A stretch of DNA of 64,000 nt, taken from the NCBI GenBank assembly GCA_043228905.1, contig JBHGNT010000006.1, forward strand, positions 9,300,001-9,364,000, given 5' to 3'. This document shows positions 46,794 through 59,603 of the stretch, in pieces. The notes under the pieces are model-generated. The model ran no database searches, was not told the DNA's origin, and saw only the letters and a list, made by a program, of their open reading frames with translations. The first letter of the stretch is position 1. The number at the start of each line of letters is the position of its first letter. Source of the DNA: Azolla caroliniana (Eukaryota > Plantae > Polypodiophyta). The position numbers and the translations under genes were made by a program.

Positions 46794-49574
46794 ATGAGTG
46801 AAGATTCACCGTTCTCGATTGAAGAATATTGTTTGTCATCAGACTCATCGTTTTCTACTGAAGAGTATTGTTTGTCGACAGAGTCACCATATTCGATTGA
46901 AGAATATTGTCTGTCAACAGACTCACCATATTCTATCGAAGAATATTGTCTGAGCTCATCTACAGGGAATGTAAATAATGACACATGTGAAGAGTTCTCT
47001 ATTGAAGAATACGATATTAATAAAGATACGGAGAATGAAGGTAGTGCCAAGGAAACATTGAATAACATTGGCGATGGTCACAACAGAGAATTAGATTGTA
47101 ACAAGGTTACACCAACCTCTATGCAGGAAGAGAAATCTAGGAGCCCTATCCATATTAGAAGAATCCCACGAAGAATTCGTTTGGCTAGATTTAGCTTGGT
47201 GACATCAGATAAACAGATTGGTTTTGATGTCAAAAAAATATGTTGTGCCCGTGGTTGTATGTCTATGATTGGAAAATCAAAGTTGCGAGAATTAAGGCGA
47301 TACTATTTTTCGATGACCGGTGATGAGCAAGACACTTACCTCGGGTCACATATGCAACTAGTATCTGACAAATGTACGGGGATCAAAGTATCATTCGAGT
47401 ATTATATCTTCCATGCGCAACAGATATGTAGAGTTGCATTTAAAATTGCGTTATGTGTTAGTAACATGCGGCTACATAAAGTACAACAACGTCTACTTAG
47501 CGGGGATCAGATGCTCAATTGTAAAGAGGTTCCAAGTATGAAAGGTGCAATTGGAAGACATTCTATTGGTTGGATGAAAACTTACTTTCAGTTAAATTGT
47601 GAAGTAATGCCCACTACAGGTAGGATGCACCTTTCTGATAATTATACATGTCGGGAAGTTTATGATGTCTATCGATCTGATATGTTGGGCTCACGTAATA
47701 AGTCTATCACCTATAGCCAATTCACAAGATTATGGAGAGCTCGGTTTTCAAATGTTATTATTCCTTAAAAGTTTGTGCAAATCTTAAAAGTTTGGCTAAA
47801 GGTGCAAAGACATCAATGGAAAAGGATATGAGTAAGAAGTTACTACAAGAGCATCGTGAGGCACAATCCTTAGAACGAAAGAAGGTGATGCATCATAGAG
47901 AGAAGTGTTTGAAGAGGCCCGAACAATACATGTGCTTAATGATAGATGGCATGGACCAGAAGAAGACATGTTTGCCGCATATGCGGAGGCTCCCCAAAGA
48001 TGTCAATGATGAGTGCCTTGTTCAAATGCACTTGGTGGGATGTTTGGCTTATAATAGGTCTGTTCGACCTCATGTCTTCATTACTTACCCCAATGTTCAC
48101 AATGACCCTAACCTAACAGTTACAGTCTTTCACTGAGTTTTGATGTCTTGGGGCCAACCTTTCCCCCCTGTTCTATACATTCAATTGGACAATACTGCTA
48201 GAGAGAACAAAAATTCAACTGTATTTGGCTATCTAAGTATGTTGGTCAACCAAGAATTGTTTAGGAAAGTGAAAGTCAATTTCCTTTTGGTTGGCCACAC
48301 ACATGACCATATAAATCAGATGTTTAGCACATTCTCTAGACAGTTGTCTCGGCATGATGCTTTCACTTTACCTAAACTATTTGATGTCATTTGTGATGCA
48401 TATACACGCCCAAAAGTGTTACACTTGAAGGAGGTATATAACTTTAAGAGATATATATCAGATGGGGGTGGTGGGAATGTTAAAGTGCTTGCTCAGTTAA
48501 ACAATATAAGTTTCAATCACATTTTTATGATAAAGAAAAATGGAATAAGTGGTTCTACACTTTTGTATGCTAAACAATATTCATCTTCTACAACATGGGA
48601 ACCTGAAGGTGGTTGCCAGTTATTACTTTGTATGCTGAGTACAATTGTCCATGGAGCTAAGCAAATGCCAATTGAGAAGAAAGGACAGTTGCAGAGCGAC
48701 TTGGTATCAGAACAAAAACGGTCATGGCTCCAAGCCTTAGAAGAAAAAAGAAAGCATATTGAGGCCGCCAAGAAATATGCCGCACAACAAGACACATCAT
48801 GGTGGGATGTATTTTATAGTGATCAGAAAGAAATTATAGACAATTGTGTATCTGTTGATAATTGGAATTTGGAAACGCCATTCACATGGTCGCTGCAACA
48901 TGATCGCGTAAATAGAACTCCGGAGCAACTAGTAAATGCGATTAATAACAACTTAGTCCATCCACAACAAAGAGACATTTATGTGGGACCAAGGATGACC
49001 AAAGCAGCCGAAGCTAGATGGCAAGGCAATTTGCAAGAGCTCACCGCGGGGATGTTGATTGCAACGCCAGCTGATGAGAACTCACGATCAAGTCTATAAA
49101 TGTTCTAGAAGTGCTAATGCATTTTGTCTTGGTAAAATTCTAGAAGTGCTAATGCATGAAATAGAAAACACGATCAAGTCTATAAATGTTCATTGGTACA
49201 ACACTAGAAGTGCAAATGCTTTCACAGGTAAGTATACATTGGAGATGATTGAATGCCCAACAAGAAGGGGAGGTAGGAAGAGGGAGCGAAACATTCGTAA
49301 CACCTCGACCCTTGATATCTCTGATGTGGATATCATCGTGTACGACTTCACACTTACAAAAGCCGGATGATTAAGGAAGTCAACAATAGATATAATAAAA
49401 GAAAAATTACCAGGTCTACAAGGTGGCTCGAGTCAAAGGCAAACGAGATCTGCTACATATAATCTAGAGCCAAACCATTTGGTTTATGACGAAGATAATG
49501 CACTGATTGGTACATCCGAGGATGATGAGGAGGAATCGTCATTGTATATTAGTTATAGTAGTGATTCTCCGTAA
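46794..49574 (+). pseudogene. Sola1-like DDD/E transposase, disrupted
   Basis: CC.RGC, ICRVAF, MIDGMDQKKTCLP, LYIQLDNTARENKN, FLLVGHTHDHINQMFS. Frameshift/deletion at ~47765, in-frame TGA at 48134 and 49368, templated patch at 49083-49122; final stop at 49572-49574. Confidence 0.82.
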
Positions 49575-50392
49575 AGGAGTGATCATGAATGTATATTTGG
49601 CTATTAAGTGTAACTACATTCCGCTTGTAACAAATCGAGTAATATAAAAGCATGTGTTTTGAATTCTTATGATTTCTAAAAAATTGTTTCTTATAAAATA
49701 ACATTGCTTGTAAAGTTTGTGATATAAATTGAGAATGTATCTTTTTGAAATTCGTCTTTTTTTAGTTACTTCTAAATCACGAAAATAGTGGATTTTTAAC
49801 CTTTTTCATAGTATGTTTGAACATGTATGATACTGGTATCAATGTGTTTTATAACATCATTGAAAAAGCCCTAAAATCAACCAAAATTTCCCTTATCCTT
49901 CCATTTATGCGCGATCCTTCCACTTGTGAACGCGAACGTGTTTGTTCATGAATTAGTGAAATCACAAGTCATCAACTTGGCATATTGTCGTACTCAAGAA
50001 ATGTGACTGATTTACTTAGTAAGCCACTTCCAAGGCAAGCCATTGGTTAGTTCCCCGGTCGACTCAATGTTGGACCACCATTCTGGAGCTGAGAGGAGAT
50101 GTTGGAGGCGGCAGCTCCAAACCTGCACTCTCTTTCATCTTTATTATCTCTCTTCCTAGATTCTTCTCTCTCTAGAATTTGCAACTCTCTTTATTATTCT
50201 TATTTACAAATTACTAAGTGCATGTGCAATGTTGCACATCCTCGTTTTATTTGTCCCAGTCGATTTTCTCACCATAGCCGAAAATCCTCACGACAATGTT
50301 CCCTTATTTTCTTAATTGCTTCTACACCTCGTTGAGTTGCTTTGAAACCCAGTATCTGAGGGCACTTGGTTCTTCTTTGGTTTTCTGCTTCA

Positions 50393-50794
50393 TCAAGGAA
50401 GAGGCCGAGTGGTGCAGGTGTGTCCACATTCGTTCTCTCCCCGTCCCTGAAAAACTTCATTTGTTACATGTTGGTGAATATTAGAAACGTCATTGTTGAC
50501 AACATTTTGTAGCTTATTCTCTCTATGTTGTTTTAGCTCTAAGATATATCTGTCTAATTTCTTTATATTTAGAGTATCTAATAGTTTGGATAGGGTGGGA
50601 AAGGGTCCGGGTATGTCTCGATATTTTGCCCTTATCTCAGCGTAAGTTGGACACTTGCATGTAAAGTGGTACTCATCCTCTATCTCGATGTGACATAGTC
50701 TAAATATCCTTTCCTCTCTAGGGACTCCATTAGTACGACTATTCTCAATCTCAAGTTGGTGGGATGATATCCTAAGTTTGGTAAGAGAGAACAA
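50393..50794 (-). mobile_element. 3' fragment of a non-LTR retrotransposon (LINE) ORF2
   Basis: LTKLRISSHQLEIE...PREERI.RLC..EIEDEYHF...CP.Y..IR.KY, a zinc-binding C-terminal motif. Confidence 0.7.
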
Positions 50795-50929
50795 GAGAAT
50801 AAATGAACACTCATTATTTCCATTATTTGCGTCTCATTGAATATATGTAACTAAATGAATGGACCCTAAAGCAAAAATCCTCGACAATAAGTAAATACAA
50901 TTGGGCGTAACCGATCGGCATGTGGGAAT

Positions 50930-52120
50930 CACGCGCATTTAGGGTCAGTGGCCGAGAAGACATGTAGACAAGCACGAAAGTGCCCATGATCTAGACCATT
51001 GAGGGCTTTCATGCGTAAAGCCCCGGTTCGGATCCCGTCATCAACCCTGCACCACATATGGCACCTAAGCATTGGACCACAATGTAGGCTACTACTGCCC
51101 TTGGCAATGATACTTTCCTTGTCAGGAATAAGCCGAATGTCCCTGTGAGGTTGATGTGGCCTCCTACGTAGGATACTACATATGACGTTAGCACTCCGCC
51201 AAAAGCTCTGAAATCTTGTGGACACAAAACAAGTTTATCGTATGTGAATGTATGTTTTTTCTTCAATTGTTGGAGGTCTAATTAGAATTTGGTGAATTCT
51301 TTATGCAATTTCAAATGTTTTCACATGGTAGATACAACGTACTTTATGCGATACACAATATTATAATGGTTCCTCCTAACATCACTATTTTTTCAGACCT
51401 CCAAACTTTGGTGCCCAAATTAGTTTATTAGTTTTATTGGATTGATGGCAAGGCAATTAAATGATTAATAAACATGTGCAAAATGATTTTTTTTAATAAA
51501 CAAGTGCAAAATAAATTATTTAATAAAGTTGATGCATAAATGATAAATAGAGATGTGTTGTGGATCATGATGATCCATTTAAGACCTTCGAGCTTCATTG
51601 AACAAATTGGAAACTTTAGATATCATCAAAGGATAACACAGAAACCAAGAGTGTAATTAGGGAGATGATTAGATGGGATTGAGCATATATTTAGAGGGAT
51701 TATTATAGGATTAAGCATGCAATGTGGGATCGTAAGGGTAATCAATAATTTGGTGTCGAATAAGGGAGATGCTTAGAGGATAATGTGGGAATTGAGCACA
51801 TCATTAGGTAGATATTAAATGGCAATCGAAAGTTGAATTCATAGTTAGAGAGATTATGCAAAGTGTTGAGAATATTAAAGAACAATACTAAGGTAAATCA
51901 TCATAATGGATACAAATGATAAAGAGATGATATGTTATAGAAGAATGATGGTTACGTATTGCCATGAAGCATAGTACCAACGATGCCTCCAATGGAGTAG
52001 ACGAGGATGAAGATCATGTCCACCGAAGCCCCAAGCAATACCCAAGGCTCCCACAACCTTTGTAATGCTAATGTAGATGATGAGTAAAGTGGCAACGAAC
52101 TCCACAATGCATGCTACATC
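50930..52120 (-). pseudogene. PIP-type aquaporin pseudogene fragment (2 exons)
   Basis: EFVATLLIIYISI..LGIAWGFGG, GT-AG intron 51977-51164 at the usual G|GHIN position, then [37 protein letters not shown] and VFSATDPK. NPA is mutated; there are deletions and frameshifts. Confidence 0.85.
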
Positions 52121-53421
52121 ATGATTTCTTACATGTAGGGTAGACGACACCTACAAGTGAACCCTTACAAGAGAAAAGAGAAGGTTTGATCGCATGTCAA
52201 CATGTATATGCAACATCCCACATACTTTATCGACAATGTCATTGTTAAAGCCATCTTCCCTTGTTCATGTCCACAATGCTTCCATTGCTACATTTCTTAG
52301 GCACAGACATTTTTCTTGTGATTATGTGCTCTCTTAATTATTCCTTGAACCCATTTAACGTTTCTTATTGCTTAAGTTTTTAGAGATATAACTTGAGCAA
52401 TATCTCCTGTGTACTAAAATAAGGATAAATACAATTAGTAAAGATGTTTATATTTACTTCATTAAATATAGATTTAAAATTAAAATTGTGTGCATAGTTT
52501 AGATGCATAATCAAGTCACTATCATCTTAATTTCGAAATCATATTCTCCATGTAGTGAATGATGTTTTCTCATATGTATATTTGTGGTGCCCACTGCCAA
52601 CATTGTCATATGCCCATATAACCAATATCTAGGTGCAATATGATCACGGGTACCAACAATAATCACGATGGTTAACAATTTTATACATACATAAACATTT
52701 TGTTGTGTCCACATTGTCATATTGACATATGTTCATCTAAACAATCTCTAGGTGCATTAAAAAAAACACATACCAACAATGATCTCTAATATCTATAAAA
52801 ACACACACACATGTCACAGATCACATGTGTCCACATGCACACCGTACTTTACTGCCAAAACTTTTCAATAATAAACAAAAACAATATGACAGATTCTCAA
52901 CAAAAAATCACAAATATAAATTATCATGCACCAGGTACATAAGCCTAGACTCTAGAGTCACAATTCTATGAAACATAATAACATTAATACTTTTAGTAGT
53001 ATTCTCTGAGTGCAAAAAAGTGTTGGGAGTATTGTAGGACTGCAGGAGTGCTCAGTGCATTGCTTGAAATATAATTGGTTATGGCTAATGTCATAAATGT
53101 CAGCACATTGAGAGAAAAACCAACACCCATGCCTTATTCCCAAAAACATTGGCAATTATTTAATGTAATAATTTTCCACATTTCTCATTTTTGTCGTTCC
53201 TCTTGAATTAGATCTCATTTTACTCTTTTAAGAATAATTGGATTATGGTAATTAACACATTTTTAGGGTATCAAATTCACATTATACTCAATGATACATC
53301 ATATTAATGGTGTGCCAGAGTTGGTAATTAATATAAAAATGCCTTACATTCCAAAAACTTGCTCGATTAATTAATGTATAAAACACCAATCTAAATTAAG
53401 CTCATAATCATGGTTACAAAC

Positions 53422-56400
53422 TGTTGAGATATCAAGCTCAACTAGTTTAATCTAGTTAGTCAACACATGTAACTTAGTAGTTACCTAGATCAAATCTAAT
53501 TAATGTGTTGACCTTAAGCCTTTAATAGGACCTTGTACTTAAGTGGGATATTCTAGATCCTCCACTCCTTAGTACATTTAATGTAGGACTTACACATAAG
53601 TACCTATGTTCTACCCACACATGTGCACCTTTGCACATGGGTTGTATATATACCTCATTGTGGGTATTTTTGTAGGGGATAACACTTTTCAATATAGTCA
53701 ATCATCTCCCATTTATCTTTCTGTTTAAGTGTAACTTCCTCTCTCTCTCCCTTCCTCTCACACACTCTCACGCGCATATCATACTAATCTTCCGCTGCTT
53801 AACGTAACCATATAATTAGTCTCTAATTAACCCTAGTTAATTACCTAATTACTTAACATGGTATCAGAGCGCGTGGTTTAGGAAATCCACTAAGCCCACT
53901 GCTTATTCGTGATTGTGTGTTCGAGACGCCGACGACAAATCCCGGCTATTCGCTATCCGCTACCGTAGTGCCGCTACGAAGGACATGTACGCGACCAAGA
54001 GAAGAAAAACAAAATAGAAGACACAACAATCAAATGAACAAACAAATGGGAAGCTCGCTCCCTAGCGAAAAGCTAGACCGAAGCAACTATTCATCTTGGG
54101 AGTACAAGATGAATCAATACCTTGTCGGCCAAGGGTATTGGAGCTACATCAACGGCACACACGAAAGCAAACCCGAAACCACACACGCCAACTACCCAAC
54201 GTGGGAGCAAGGCGCGAGTCGGGTAATGTATTGCTTGGCAACATGTGTAAACGACCACATGCTTAGCCACATTCGTGACGCCAAGACACCCAAAGAGGCG
54301 TGGGAAAATCTCAAGAAGATTTTCACCGCGGACACATCCGCGCGCAAGCTTCAACTCCGGCAAGAGTTGAACAACATACGACAAAAAGAAATGTCTGTGA
54401 CGGACTACACCGCCAAGATCAAGAGCATTTGCGACTCTCTTAGCTCTATCAACGTCAACATCGACGAGGACGAGATGGTGCAAGTATGCTTGGGAGGCCT
54501 CGCACAACGATTCAACCCGTTGAGAACGGCAATCTTGGCGAGAGATACCCCTCCCTCGTTCTTCAACCTCCAATCAATGCTATTGGTCGAAGAAAACCAC
54601 GTTCAACCAAAGACCAACACATCGGAAGGACAAATGCTCTTCTCCGATACGGATGGTGCCCATAGACGAGGTCGACGCGGAAGAGGTCAATTCGACCTAT
54701 CCCATGAAGGGAATTCACAATTTCGGCAAGGAAACGGAAGCCATCGAGGAACCTTCACAAGAAGGGGGAGCTTCCACGCCGAACAAGGTTGGCGAACGAC
54801 GCCACCTACGTGCAACTATTGCGGCAAAATCGGCCATCGCGAAGATGAGTGCCGAAAAAGACGAAGCGAGTCGGCCTCAACAAGCCGACAACTCACAAAT
54901 TACGCCACAAACGCGGAATATGTGGACTACGGCGGACTCTTCGTGATGAGGCATAGAGCGAATTCTATGATGGCCTCCGATCCCGCAAACTCCGCAAGCA
55001 CCTCCAACTCCGAACACGCGTGGTTCGTAGACTCCGGCGCCTCGCACCACATTACGTCGCACCAAGAGTGGTTTCGCGACTTGTGAACGTCGGATCGACC
55101 CGGCTACATAGAGACCGGAGATGACACTCCGCATCCCATTCGGCACATCGGCGATGTCCCATTCGGGAAAGAAAGCGAGCAAACTTGCATCAAGAATGTC
55201 TTGCACGTGCCCACAATAACAAAGAATTTGGTCTCGGTCGGCCAAATCGTGGAGCAAGGCATGCAAGTCCGCTTCAACAATGACGGTTGTTTCATCGAGA
55301 AAGACGGTTGACTCATAGCCAAGGAACGGAGAGACGGTCGCTTGTTCATCCTCGACTCAAACGAGGTAAAATCAGCCATGTACGCCAAAGGTCTCAAGAC
55401 CGAGACAAACATCGAGTTGTGGCACAAGTGAATCGACCACGTAAACCTCCAACGACTTCGCGGAATGCAATCAAAGGGAGTCGTAATCGGACTTCCGGCT
55501 TTCGAAACGAAACGAGTCGACCGAGTGTGCGAAGCATGCCAACTCGGCAAACAACATCAACTCCCATTCCCAAAGGAGAGCTCCGCAAGCAAAGGCCTCC
55601 TTGACGTCATACACTCGGATGTATGGGGACCGACTCAAACGCCGACGCTCGGCAGATGCCGCTACTACGTCACCTTCATCGACGACCACTCGCGCTACGC
55701 ATGGATATACCCGATGAAGAAGAAGAGCGAACTGCTCTCCCACTTTCAAAGGCTCAAAAGCCAAGTGGAGAAAGAAATCGATCGACACATTCGATGCCTA
55801 CGATCAGACGGAGGAAAGGAGTACTTCTCCGACGAGTTCACCTCCTACCTCCAAGGTGAAGGGCATTCGTAGAGAATTCTCATGCCGACACACTCCCCAA
55901 CAAAACGGAGTAGCCGAGAGAAAGAATCGGCAAATACTCGAGGTAGCACGCGCCATGATGCGTGAGAAGCACATGCCGAACTTCTATTGGGCGGAAGCGG
56001 CATCCACGGCAGTCTATCTCATGAATCGAAGCACCACAAATAGCGTGCACGACTTTACTCCATACGAGATCTTCATTGGAAGAAGGCCCATCCTCTCAGA
56101 CCTCAAGGTGTTTGGAAGCATTGCGAATGTACGCATCCCGAACGAAAGTCGAGAGAAGCCCGACGCGAAGTCGGAAGAATGTACAAATGCGAAAAAGGCA
56201 TACAAATGCTTCAACCCTTCGACCCGAGCGGTGCGGATAAGTCGCGACGTCGTTTTCGACGAATCGGCATCTTGGTATAAGCCCGATGCGACTCCATCGG
56301 ACCCGATCGAGGAAGAGTTGAACGCCAACTCGGACGACGAAACTCGGCCAAGTCCTCCACCAAAGGACAATCCAAGCTCTACCAAGCTAATTGGCCCACA

Positions 56401-57583
56401 AGAGCCTCCACGCGATGAAAACACGTCGCGACCAAGTCCGACATCGGACAAAGGCAAAGTTAAGATGCCCGAATATGAAGTCGAGGTCCACCCCGACAAC
56501 CGTGATTCGGATGATTCGGCTCGCTCACTAAACGATGAGTTCGGTGTACCCATCATGAGGACACCCGGAGTAAAGAAGGCACTCACATCGACAAACGAGA
56601 AACTCCGCCGCTCATCACGAGAGGAGACCCAAGTCACTCGTTACGCCTACAATGAGTATATGGCCCATCACTATGCCCTCGCGATGAAGGTAGTGGCCGA
56701 ACAAGAGCCCGAGGATCCAAGCCTTCGTCACAGGCTTGAGGGGGAGAACAAAACCGCGGAGAGCTACGCAACGAAGCCGCGAATACGCGAAGAAAGCCGC
56801 GCAACAAAGCCACGGAGAACCATGCAACGAAGCCGCGAATACGCGAAGAAAGCCGTGCAACAAAGCCGCGGAGAGCTGCGCAACAAAGCCGCGAATACGC
56901 GAAGAAAGCCGCTCAACAAAGCCGCGAAAAGCCGCGCAACGAAGTCGCGAATACGCGAAGAAAGCTGCGCAACGAAGCCGCGGAGAGCCGCGCAACAAAG
57001 CCGCGGAGAGCCGCGCAACGAAGCCGCGAAGACGCGAGGAAAGCCGCGCAACACCGGGAAGAAAGCCGCAAGCTGCACCGATGCCGACGAAGCCAAAGGA
57101 AGCTAAACCAGACGTTGGACGCCTCACACTTGAGCTTGAGGGGGCGTGTTGAGATATCAAGCTCAACTAGTTTAATCTAGTTAGTCAACACATGTAACTT
57201 AGTAGTTACCTAAATCAAATCTAATTAATGTGTTGACCTTAAGCCTTTAATAGGACCTTGTACTTAAGTGGGATATTCTAGATCCTCCACTCCTTAGTAC
57301 ATTTAATGTAGGACTTACACATAAGTACCTATGTTCTACCCACACATGTGCACCTTTGCACATGGGTTGTATATATACCTCATTGTGGGTATTTTTGTAG
57401 GGGATAACACTTTTCAATATAGTCAATCATCCCCCATTTATCTTTCTGTTCAAGTGTAACTTCCTCTCTCTCTCTCTTCCTCTCACACACTCTCACGCGC
57501 ATATCATACTAATCTTCCGCTGCTTAACGTAACCATATAATTAGTCTCTAATTAACCCTAGTTAATTATCTAATTACTTAACA
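53422..57583 (+). mobile_element. Ty1/copia G, non-autonomous (gag-PR-INT, no RT/RNase H); gag related to copia E
   Basis: 437-bp LTRs at 53422-53858 and 57147-57583 (about 5 differences seen); TSD CAAAC; PBS at 53859; PPT before 57147. Motifs KLDRSNY, CNYCGKIGH, WFVDSGASHH, VIHSDVWGP, LRSDGGKEY, PQQNGVAERKNR; in-frame stops present. Confidence 0.93.
56750..57075 (+). repeat. AAGCCGCG-rich degenerate tandem repeat in the 3' region of copia G
   Basis: Recurring AAGCCGCG / GCAAC(A/G)AAG / AATACGCGAAGA units. Confidence 0.85.
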
Positions 57584-57786
57584 CAAACATCTCTCTCTCA
57601 CCACTCGTAAACAAATTGAGTGCATGTCCTAGGAGGGATGAATTAATTAAAAATATGTATGATAACAATAATGAGATGTATCAAGACAAGACACTATCAT
57701 AATATTGTGACATCAAAATTTGTGATTAGCACTTACTTTTGTGTGACAAGCGTGTACGCATGCACATATATTACATAAAAAAAAAT

Positions 57787-58000
57787 AGTGTTCACAAATT
57801 ATGACAACACCACGGTCCGTACGAGATGGGAACATGAAATTACATGTGTATGCCTGTCTATATTTAAGTGTTCACAAATTATGACAATACCACAATATTA
57901 CAAGATGAGAACATGAAAATACATGTATATGTCTATATTTAAGTGTTCACAAATTATGACAATGCCTCAATATTACAAGATGGGAACATGAAAATACATA
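57787..58000. repeat. Three ~76-80-bp tandem repeats
   Basis: AGTGTTCACAAATTATGACAA...AGATG(G/A)GAACATGAAA repeated three times. Confidence 0.8.
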
Positions 58001-59283
58001 TATTTAACTTTTTAAGTGTAGAGAGCATAGGAATAAGCATTAACGACATACTATGACAATTTCGAAATATTACAATGTGGCAAAGTGAGAATACAAATTT
58101 GTTTATTTGTTTGTTTGTTTGTTTGTTTGTTTGTGTGTTTGTGTGTGTGTGTGTGTGTGCGCGTGCATGTTTGTGTCCACGTGCATGGATATATCATAGG
58201 AATAACTCATGACAACAAATTATGACGATGACGAAAAGGTGACTTTATAATATGCCGCATTACTAAGAATATATCACACTATTCACACACACACACACAT
58301 AAGAAATTGATGGTTTAAAATTGGATAAGTTGTATTGAACAATACGACATTTGACAAGGTATATAAATTAATGTAAGAAAGTCTTTTGTAAAGCTAAAAT
58401 AATGTATTCAAAGAGTTTGAGGTGCACACGCACACATATAAATTATCACAATTTTTACCCCTGCGAGATTGGGGTGGGGGCGTAAGTTTCGTTGTGTTTA
58501 GTAGTACAAGTGGACAATATCATTCTAACTTCTAAGTAAATCCGTCAAAGACAAGGGCTGAATCGTAAACAATTCTATGATATAGAAAGATTAGTCTGAA
58601 TCAATACACAATCTTCTTTGATTAGTTCTAGAAATATGTCATCCACTTGGTGTAAGTACTGGAGCCATTTCGTGTAAACAAAGGAATCATTTGAAAGGGG
58701 GGGCAGGAATCATTTATATTATTCGCCAAATCCAAGTATTAATGATTGACAGTTATATATTGTGCTTTGACCTCAGTGTGGAGAAATCCAAGCAACTAGA
58801 TTTCAAACATGGGGGAAGAATTAGACTTAGACATAGACATGTCATACAATACCATACATACATACATGGACTTTGAACACCCATCAACACATTCTAGAAC
58901 ATGTCATGCCTCATAGACACACACACATACAATACATACATACATGTTGGACTTTGGAGACCCACCAATACATACTGTAGGATACGTGAGGACTCATACA
59001 TGCATACACACACACACATACATATATGTGTATATATACATATAGATGGTGTGGACTTTGAACACACACACATACATATATGTATATATACATATAGATG
59101 GTGTGGACTTTGAACACACACACACAAGACATTCTAGAAACATGCCCCCATCGTCACTTACTTCCTATGTATATGTATGTATCTCCAATTCTTCCTTTTG
59201 GGGGGGACTGACCCCACCCCCACCTTATCTTTGAACGTTCATTCCTAAGTTCTCTCTCTCACACACACACACAACTTCACAAG

Positions 59284-59290
59284 TATAAAA
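59284..59290 (+). promoter_or_regulatory. Probable TATA box of the dirigent-like gene
   Basis: TATAAAA ~320 bp upstream of the ATG. Confidence 0.4.
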
Positions 59291-59481
59291 AGAAGGCCAA
59301 GCCCCATCAACCATCTCCAAATCACACCCAATCATAGAGACACACACACACAATCCATCCATATTCTTTGGATCCGTAGTAATCCGTATAAATATATAAT
59401 CATAAGGAGTTTCATCCAAATTTTGTGAAAACCCTGCTTTAAAGACCTTCTTACTATCCATCATCCATCACCTCAATATAT

Positions 59482-59530
<49 letters not shown>

Positions 59531-59603
59531 ACTCACCCCACTAGCTGCTACTTCTAAATTTCACCACATATACCTACTACCTATACATAAGAAGAAGAAG
59601 AGT

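Larger units (their letters stand above)
40680..49942. mobile_element. TIR DNA transposon, Sola1-like, 9263 bp, carrying two divergent genes
   Basis: TIRs AACACGTTCGCGTTCACAAGTGGAAGGAT(T/C)GCGCAT at 40680-40715 and 49907-49942; 4-bp TSD TGTT (40676-40679, 49943-49946). Removing the element and one TSD restores the copia RNase H codons HFVHELV. The boundaries are firm; the superfamily is inferred from the 4-bp TSD and transposase motifs. Confidence 0.9.
38480..50330 (+). mobile_element. Remainder of old Ty1/copia H (INT-RT-RNase H, degenerate), split by the Sola-like transposon; 3' LTR from 50100
   Basis: VISRDVYFVE, IGLKWIFKTK, EETFAPTAR, LYVDD, KYRRLIGSL, then KHIEVHYHFV|HELV across the insertion; PPT GAGAGGAGA 50091-50099 followed by TGTTGG. 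LTR right end is uncertain. Confidence 0.8.

Noticed and set aside
58894-59234. Short ORFs upstream of the dirigent gene
   Set aside because: Translations of CA/TA microsatellites
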